A stretch of 64,000 nucleotides of DNA, taken from positions 13,742,784 to 13,806,783 of the forward strand of contig CM121341.1 in NCBI GenBank assembly GCA_051530055.1, given 5' to 3'. A program made the position numbers and the translations under genes. Under the pieces are notes generated by a model that was not told the DNA's origin, did not search any database, and saw nothing but the letters and a program-made list of their open reading frames with translations. This DNA comes from Neoechinorhynchus agilis. Lineage: Eukaryota > Animalia > Acanthocephala. Below, one piece after another: positions 57,072-64,000 of this stretch. How positions within the stretch are numbered: position 1 is the stretch's first letter; each line of letters begins with the position of its first letter.

Positions 57072-57393
57072 ACAACAAAATGTTTAGGTGACATTAATAT
57101 CTATAGATCGTAGTTTAGCATTCAATATTTAATAAACCTATATTTGTCTATGATATTGAGGATTAAATATTTAGATCAGTATACCACCACTGGTGGGGAA
57201 TACACCACATCAGGATTTTCTCATAATGCTAAAAAAGAATCATGATACCGAAGATTGTTTAAGTGGCCAATTTTTAGTTATGAAAACTATTAACTTACAG
57301 AAGTGGTGCAACAGACATTTCTTTATCCGATCTAAGTGTTGCCATGGGAATTCGTGTTAGAAAAATTGCTAGCTAAAATGTTGTGTTATTTCA

Positions 57394-58979
57394 ATGAGCG
57401 TTTGTTTAGTGATCATTGTGCTGTTCACAAGCGTATCGTATCAAACTTCTTCGAATGGGATTTGTGGTAACGCGAGCTTAGCTTTGTCAATAGATTTAGT
57501 TAAAAAACTATCGAATATATCACAGATGCTGACAACAAAATTAAATCACTACGATGCAATTCAATTTCGTTCTTTAAGTGTTAAAATCAACGATAATCTT
57601 AGACTTAAACTAAGTAGTCAAGTTAAAGAAAGATATAATTTTTTAAGGCAAAAAGGCTATAATTTTCGAATTGTGTGGTACATCCTGAGTTTCGGTTCTC
57701 AAAATTTTACAATTCAACGTGCGATTGCACATGATCGTAACATTGACCAATATAAATCTTTTGTTTCGTGGATCCATACAAACAAGGAAGGTGAACTCAT
57801 TGTTTTAAACGTTCAGCCAAATATTTCTGAGATATACTTTGCCGTTGGTGTAGAACTGCAAGGTACTGGCTTCACTCAACTCATTAAACGCTATTACATA
57901 AAAGTATTCCAACATATGATAATTGGAATCTGCGGAGGCGGTACTGTATTTCCGGTTCCAGTCGATTCGCTTACTATCGATCTATACTGTGGGATAATAT
58001 ACTGTTATAAAGAAAATTACATCTTAGATGATTATTTTGAATCTTCACCAATCGTAGATGGTTATATCTCATCTACGAAAAACTTTGATTTGGACAATTA
58101 TTATATACCAAGTACAGTGTTTGCTCCCATTCAGTGCCAGACACATTCAACATTGGCGATAGCTCGAAATAGTGAACTTAAACGTGACGACATTGTGAAT
58201 TGCTTATTCCACTTCCCAGAAAAAGTTTACTATAGCAGAGATGTGAAGATGAGAAGCTTTTTGCTTGTTAAATAGGAAGGTAACATAGGGAGTAAATTAA
58301 AGGCACAAATTAGATTTTGCATCGTTATGCCTTTGCATTATTCGATATATTTCGATATTTTCTGAAGAGTGTTTCAGAACAGAATAGTTGAAAAATATAT
58401 TTCGGTTCACCTTGAATGCGATCAGCAGAAGGGCGAAAGCGAAGAACTAATTAAAATTCTGATTTTAAGCAAAAAGTTCCTCAACCCTTAGAAGATCCGA
58501 ACGTATCTACTAATATATCATGTAAACAACGGATCGCTTACAACTCGAACTTTACTCTCAGAAACGATATTCAAAGGTTCGTGGTAGCAGCAGTAGACAC
58601 TTCGATTGAACTACAGAGCCCTTGGGTATGTACAGATAATTGCACTTATAATTTCTCGGCGTTATTCTCCAGCTCGAAATCAAAAATTTTGTATGTGGGA
58701 CCGGAACCTCAATGTACATTTAAAATTCCGAAACTGATAAGCAATAATACTCAGATTGTTGTACAGTGCTTAGCTACAGATGGCATTGTTGAACACACTG
58801 CGAATCTTACTATTGAAGTTTTGGACTTTGTCATAAGGAAACCATCGTCGAAAAAAGTGATTAGCCTGCTATCTTACATATTCTTGGCATTAATCTGTGT
58901 AGCAGTCATTGCTTTGATTGTGATACTGAACAATTTTCGAAGCCGAGGAATGTGCGGGAAAATAATGTCGAAGAAATAA
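57394..58979 (+). CDS. Lineage-specific type-I membrane protein, paralog 2
   Basis: Signal peptide; aligns with the 49440 protein; probable intron 58225..58469; QCLATDG..LTIEV; TM helix. Confidence 0.8.
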
Positions 58980-59077
58980 ATACAACAGATTTAATTGAAC
59001 CACTAAAATAAATACGAATTTGATGTAAATTAAATATTGAAGAGCATTTAATGAATGCTTAAGCGAAAAAAATTTCA

Positions 59078-61588
59078 ATGGTAAAAAAGAGACATTATAT
59101 CTCCATTTTCACAAAAATATTGAGTTAATCACTACAAAACAAAACGATTGAAAACGAGAGCGTTTCCTCAACGGTTTAGTAAAAATCCTTAAAATGGGAA
59201 AAAGAGACTTTATATCTACAATTTAACAAAAATATCGAGTGAAACACTAGAAAACGAAAGTAACGAAAAGAAAGTGCTCAGGGGACGACTGAAAACGGGA
59301 GCGTTTCCCTAGACGGTTTAGTAAAAATCCTTCCAATGGGAAAAGAGACTTTACATCTTCATTTTAACAAAAATATCGGCTTAATCACTAGAAAACCAAA
59401 GTAAAGAAAAGGAAGTGCTCAGGGGCGACTGAAAACGAGAGCGTTTCCAGTACGGTTTGGAAAAAATTATTCCAATGGGAAAAAGAGACTTTATATCTTC
59501 ATTTTCACAAAAATATAGAGTTAATCACTGTTAAACAGAAGTAAAGAAAAGAAATTGCTCAGGAGACGACTGAAATTGAGAGCGTTTCCTGCAGCGGTTG
59601 GTAAAAAACCTTCCAATCGGAAAAAGAGACTATATCTTTATTTCAACAAAAATGTCGAGTTAATAACTAGAAAACAAAAGTAAAGAAAAGAAAGTTCTCA
59701 GGAAACAACTGGAAACGAGAGCGTTTCCTGGACGGTTTCGCAAAAAACCTTTCCAATTGGAAAAAGAGGCTTTATAAAAGGAAAGAAAGTGTTCAGGGGA
59801 CGACCGAAAACAAAAGCATTTCCGGGACGCTTTAGCGAAAATCGTTTAAATGGGAAAAAGAGACTTTGTGTTTTTATTTTCACAAAAATATCGAGGTAAT
59901 CACTAGAAAACCAAAGTAAAGAAGATACAGTGCACGAAATACTGCAAAAAAGAGAGCGTTTCCTGTAAGATTTAGTAAAAATCCTTCCAATGGGAAAAAG
60001 AGACTTTACATCTTCATTTTCACAAAAATATCGAGTTAATCAATGGAAAACAGAAGTAAAGAAAAGAAATTGCTCAGGAGAAGACTGAAATTGAGAGCGT
60101 TTCCTGCAGGGGTTTGTAAAAAGCCTTCCAATGGGAAAAAGAGACTTTATATCTTTATTTTCACAAAAATTTCGAGTTAATCACTAGAAAACAAAAGTAA
60201 AGAAAGTGCTCAGGGGACGACTGAAAACGAGAGCGTTTCCTGGACGGTTTATCAAAAATCGTTTCAATGGGAAAAAGAGACTTTGTGTTTTTATTTTCAC
60301 AGAAATATCGAGGCAATCGCTAGAAAACAGAAGTAAAGAAAAGAAAGTGCTCAAGGGACCACTACAAGAGAGAGCATTTCCTGGACGGTTTAGTAAAAAT
60401 TATTCCAATGTGAAAAAGAAACTTTGTATTTTCATTTTCACAAAAATATCGAGGTAATCACTAGAAAACCACAGTAAAGGAAAGGAAGTGCTCAGGAGAC
60501 GACTGAAAACGAGACCGTTTCTTGGACGGTGTAGTAAAAATCCTTCGAATGTGAAAAAGAGACTTTATATCTTCATTTTCATAAAAATATCGACTTAATC
60601 ACCAGAAAAACAAAGTAGAGAGAAGAAAGTGCCGAGGGAACGACTGAAAACGAGAGCGTTTCGAGGACGGTGTTGTAAAAATCCTTCCAATGGGGAAAAG
60701 AGACTATATCTTCATTTTCAAAAAATATCGAGTTAATCACTAGAAAACCAAAGTAAGGAACAGAGAGTGCGCAGGAGACAACTGAAAACGAGAGCGTTTC
60801 CTGGACGTGTAGTAAAATGCTTCCAATGCGAAAAGAAACTTTATTTCGTCGTTTTCAAAAAAAATTCCGAGTTAACCACTAGAAAACCAAAGTAAAGAAA
60901 AAAGAAAGTGCTGGGGACGACTGAAAACGAGAGCGTTTCCTGGAAAGTTTAGTAAAAAGCCTTCCAATGGGAAAAAGACACTTTATTTCGTATTTTTCAC
61001 AAAAATATCGAGTTAATAACTAGAAAACTTAAGTGAAGGAAAGAAGGCGTTCAGCAGGCGACTGAAAACGAGAGCGTTTCCTGGACGGTTTAGTAAAAAG
61101 CCTTCCAATGAGAGAAAGAGACTTTATATCTTCATTTTCACAAATATATCGAGTTGATCACTAGAAAACCGAAGTAAAGAAAAGAAAGTACTCAGGAGAC
61201 GACTGAAAACGAGAGCATTTCCTTCACGGTTTAGTAAAAAACCTTCCAATGGGAAAAAGAGACTTTATATCTTTATTTTCACAAAAATATAAAGTTAATC
61301 ACTAGAAAACCAAAGTAAGAAAAAAGAAAGTGGACGGGATACGATCACAAAAAACAGAGCGTGTCCTGGACGGTTTAGTAAAAATCCTTCCAATGGGAAA
61401 AAGAGAATTGATATTTTCTTTTTCACAAAAATATCGAGTCAATCACTAGAAAAAATAAGTAGAGGAAAGAAGGCGTTCAGCAGACGACTTAAAACGAGAG
61501 CGTTTCCTGGACGGTTTAGTAAAAACGCTACTAATGGGAAAAAGAGACTTGATATTTTCATTTTCACAAAAATATCGAGTTTATCACT
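59078..61588. repeat. Satellite, about 140-bp unit, about 18 copies
   Basis: gaaaacgagagcgtttcc recurs at about 140 nt spacing; one shortened unit near 59780. Confidence 0.97.
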
Positions 61589-61589
61589 A

Positions 61590-64000
61590 CACTCACAAGT
61601 GAAAAAACTTGCAAACACAATCTTAAGATCAACTACAAAATAAGCCCGCTCATGCCAACGGAGGCAGATCTCTTCCCTCCGCCCACTTCGCCCTCGATTT
61701 CGACTCGCTGTACTGTATGCGATCGCGTCATAGGCGTGACGATAAGTGGACTCATTCGAAAACATGGCCCGGTACGATCTCGATGCCCTGGATCTTCCCT
61801 TCCACCAGTGTTGGACAAACCTTTTATCATCGACAGTCTCGAAACTCAAAATGTGATGAAGCGCCTCTTACAATATCTTCCAAAAACGGTCTTGAAGAGG
61901 ATTCCAAAAGGAGCCAGGAATAGCTGCTGTGAAACCGACGAATACAAACTATTCACGTTTATTCGCCTTTCCAAAATTGGTTCTGAGTACTAGCCGTGAC
62001 CCCGAGTCCAGCCTCACGACCACCATCAAGCAGCGGATAACCAATTTTGATCGACTTTTTGAGGAGGCTGTGACGAAAAGTTACAATAATCAAACTCTTA
62101 CCAAGAAACATCCAGAAGGACCCTTCGGCCGTCCTTATAATTTGAGTAATAGGATTTCTGCCAAATTGGCAGACGCAGATGTCCGTGGAGCGGTCAGGTT
62201 ACTCAGTTCCACAGCTACGTTTGCGGACAACGACCGCTCGACACTGGAGGCGTTGAGAAGTAAGCATCCTTCAGCTTTGCCACCGATTTTGCCCCCGATA
62301 CCGGAAAAGTCGCGTCAATCGACGAGGTGCACGCGGGAGGAACTTAGATGTGCTGTATCCTCGTTCCCCAATGGGTCGGGACATGGACCCGACGGACTTC
62401 GACCCCAACACATCAAGGATATGTTGGGATTTGGAACGGGAGTGATGGGAATGAAGCTCGAAACCGAACTCGTTAATGTGGTCGATGAAATCATTAATGG
62501 ACCTCTCCCACTTGAAGCAACGAATTTTCTATTCTCGGCATCTCTTTGCGCCCTTTCCAAATCAAACGGAGATATTCGTCCGATAGCTGTGGGCTGCACT
62601 CTAAGATGTTTGGCAGGGAAGATTTTGTGTAAGCGACTGAGCGAAAGTGTAGGTGGGCAACTCAGACCTTTTCAGTTGGGCTGCTGTACTCCATGTGGAG
62701 CAGAAGCGATAGTGCACTCCACACGTACCTATATCGACGCCTCTGCCACCCCAACGGTTGTCCTAAAAGTCGATTTTTCGAACGCCTTTAATACAGTCGA
62801 TCGAACAGCCTTGCTAAGTACCATTGCTCGAGAATTACCTGAAGCCTATGAATACTTTGTGAAGGCGTATGGTTCTAAGACACCTCTACATTTCAACGAG
62901 CACACCATTTGGTCCGAAACAGGCCTGCAACAAGGCGATCCTCTCGGCCCCATAGGATTTTCCTTAACAACCAATGGAATATCTCGTAAGCTCAAGGCAA
63001 GTTTGAACGTCTGGTACTTGGATGACGCGACATTGGGCGGTGACCCAAAGACGGTTCTAGAAGACCTGCAATCCCTGCTTGTTTCTGCTGCGGAATTGGG
63101 CCTACGTGTCAACCCCGCGAAGTGTGAACTATTGCCACTAAATATTTCACATTCTCACATGGCGGATATAATGCAGTCCTTCGAATCCGTTGCCCCAGGA
63201 ATCCGATTAATCAACCGGTAAAACTTCACTCTTCTCGGCAGTTGCGTCCTGGATGCGAACATAGATCGCGAGATTGAAGAAGAGCTCCCTAAACTGGATC
63301 TTTTGTGCTCCCGCGTTCAAGAATTGAATGCACACGAAGCTCTCTTCTTGGTGAGAAACTGCCTATACATATCGAAGCTTATGTTCAAGATGAGAGCAGC
63401 CCCGTACTTCCGACACACCAAACGTCTCCTTGACTTAGATGGTTTGATGAAAAAGCATCTTGAGAAGGTAACGAACTGCGCCATCACTGATGAAGCTTGG
63501 CAACAAGCTGCCATTCCGATCAAATACGGAGGTTTAGGCTTACGAAGTGTGGCTGGTTTGGCCCTTCCGGCATTCGTATCCTCGATGCACAAGACGGAGG
63601 AATTACAGGGGGAAATTCTTTTAAACAGAATGCCGAAGCCATGCAAACTATTGAAACAGGGAGTCACATCATGGCTCTCGCAGACCGGTCTGCAACAAGC
63701 TCCAATCAACGCGCACGAACAATCTGCTTGGGATAACCCCTTAATCCTGACGGCTCACAACAAACTAAAAGGCCAGATGGACGAGATGTCTCAAGCTAGA
63801 CTTGTGGCCAGTTCCTCGAAGGAGTCAGGCGCATGGTTGAACGTTTTGCCAATTGGTACTTTGGGAACTTTGCTGGACGACGAGACAGTTCGAATAGTCG
63901 TCGCTCTACGTTTAGGACTTCCAACCTGTGCCCCACACCAGTGCCGATGTGGAATAAAAGTTGACGTGCTCGGGAGACATGGACTCTACTGCAAGAGATC
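61590..64000 (+). mobile_element. CRE-clade non-LTR retrotransposon (second family), runs off the window
   Basis: CTVC..H..C zinc motif, GPDGLRPQH, RPIAVG, DFSNAFN, GLQQGDPLGP, WYLDD, CRCG..D..G.H.L.C knuckle; frameshifts. Confidence 0.9.

Noticed and set aside
59698-61849. ORFs inside the 140-bp array, and a relationship to the 159-bp satellite
   Set aside because: Repeat artefacts; only short A/T-tract similarities between the two units on either strand

Overview
Eukaryotic (probably invertebrate animal) genomic DNA, about 36-38% GC by eye, very compact, with spliceosomal introns of about 24-70 nt. Recognisable housekeeping genes: TMEM163-like, DP/TFDP (apparently in two pieces), SRP14, a probable Pcc1/LAGE3, ArfGAP1, LSG1, POP4, eIF5A, a CD225/dispanin gene, THADA, ARFRP1 and an EF-hand protein. 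Lineage-specific families include a PB1/Pro-repeat/ZZ cluster, a duplicated 117-aa secreted protein, two paralogous type-I membrane proteins and a MY(F/L)WVLI peptide family. Retroelement debris is abundant: Penelope-like elements with hammerhead-type motifs and inverted termini, CRE-clade RLE LINEs, RTE LINEs and a Gypsy integrase fragment. There are two satellites (about 159 and 140 bp units) and many short foldback hairpins. No tRNA, rRNA or CRISPR array was recognised. All homology calls come from recalled motifs read by eye, not from database searches, and exon boundaries are manual predictions.
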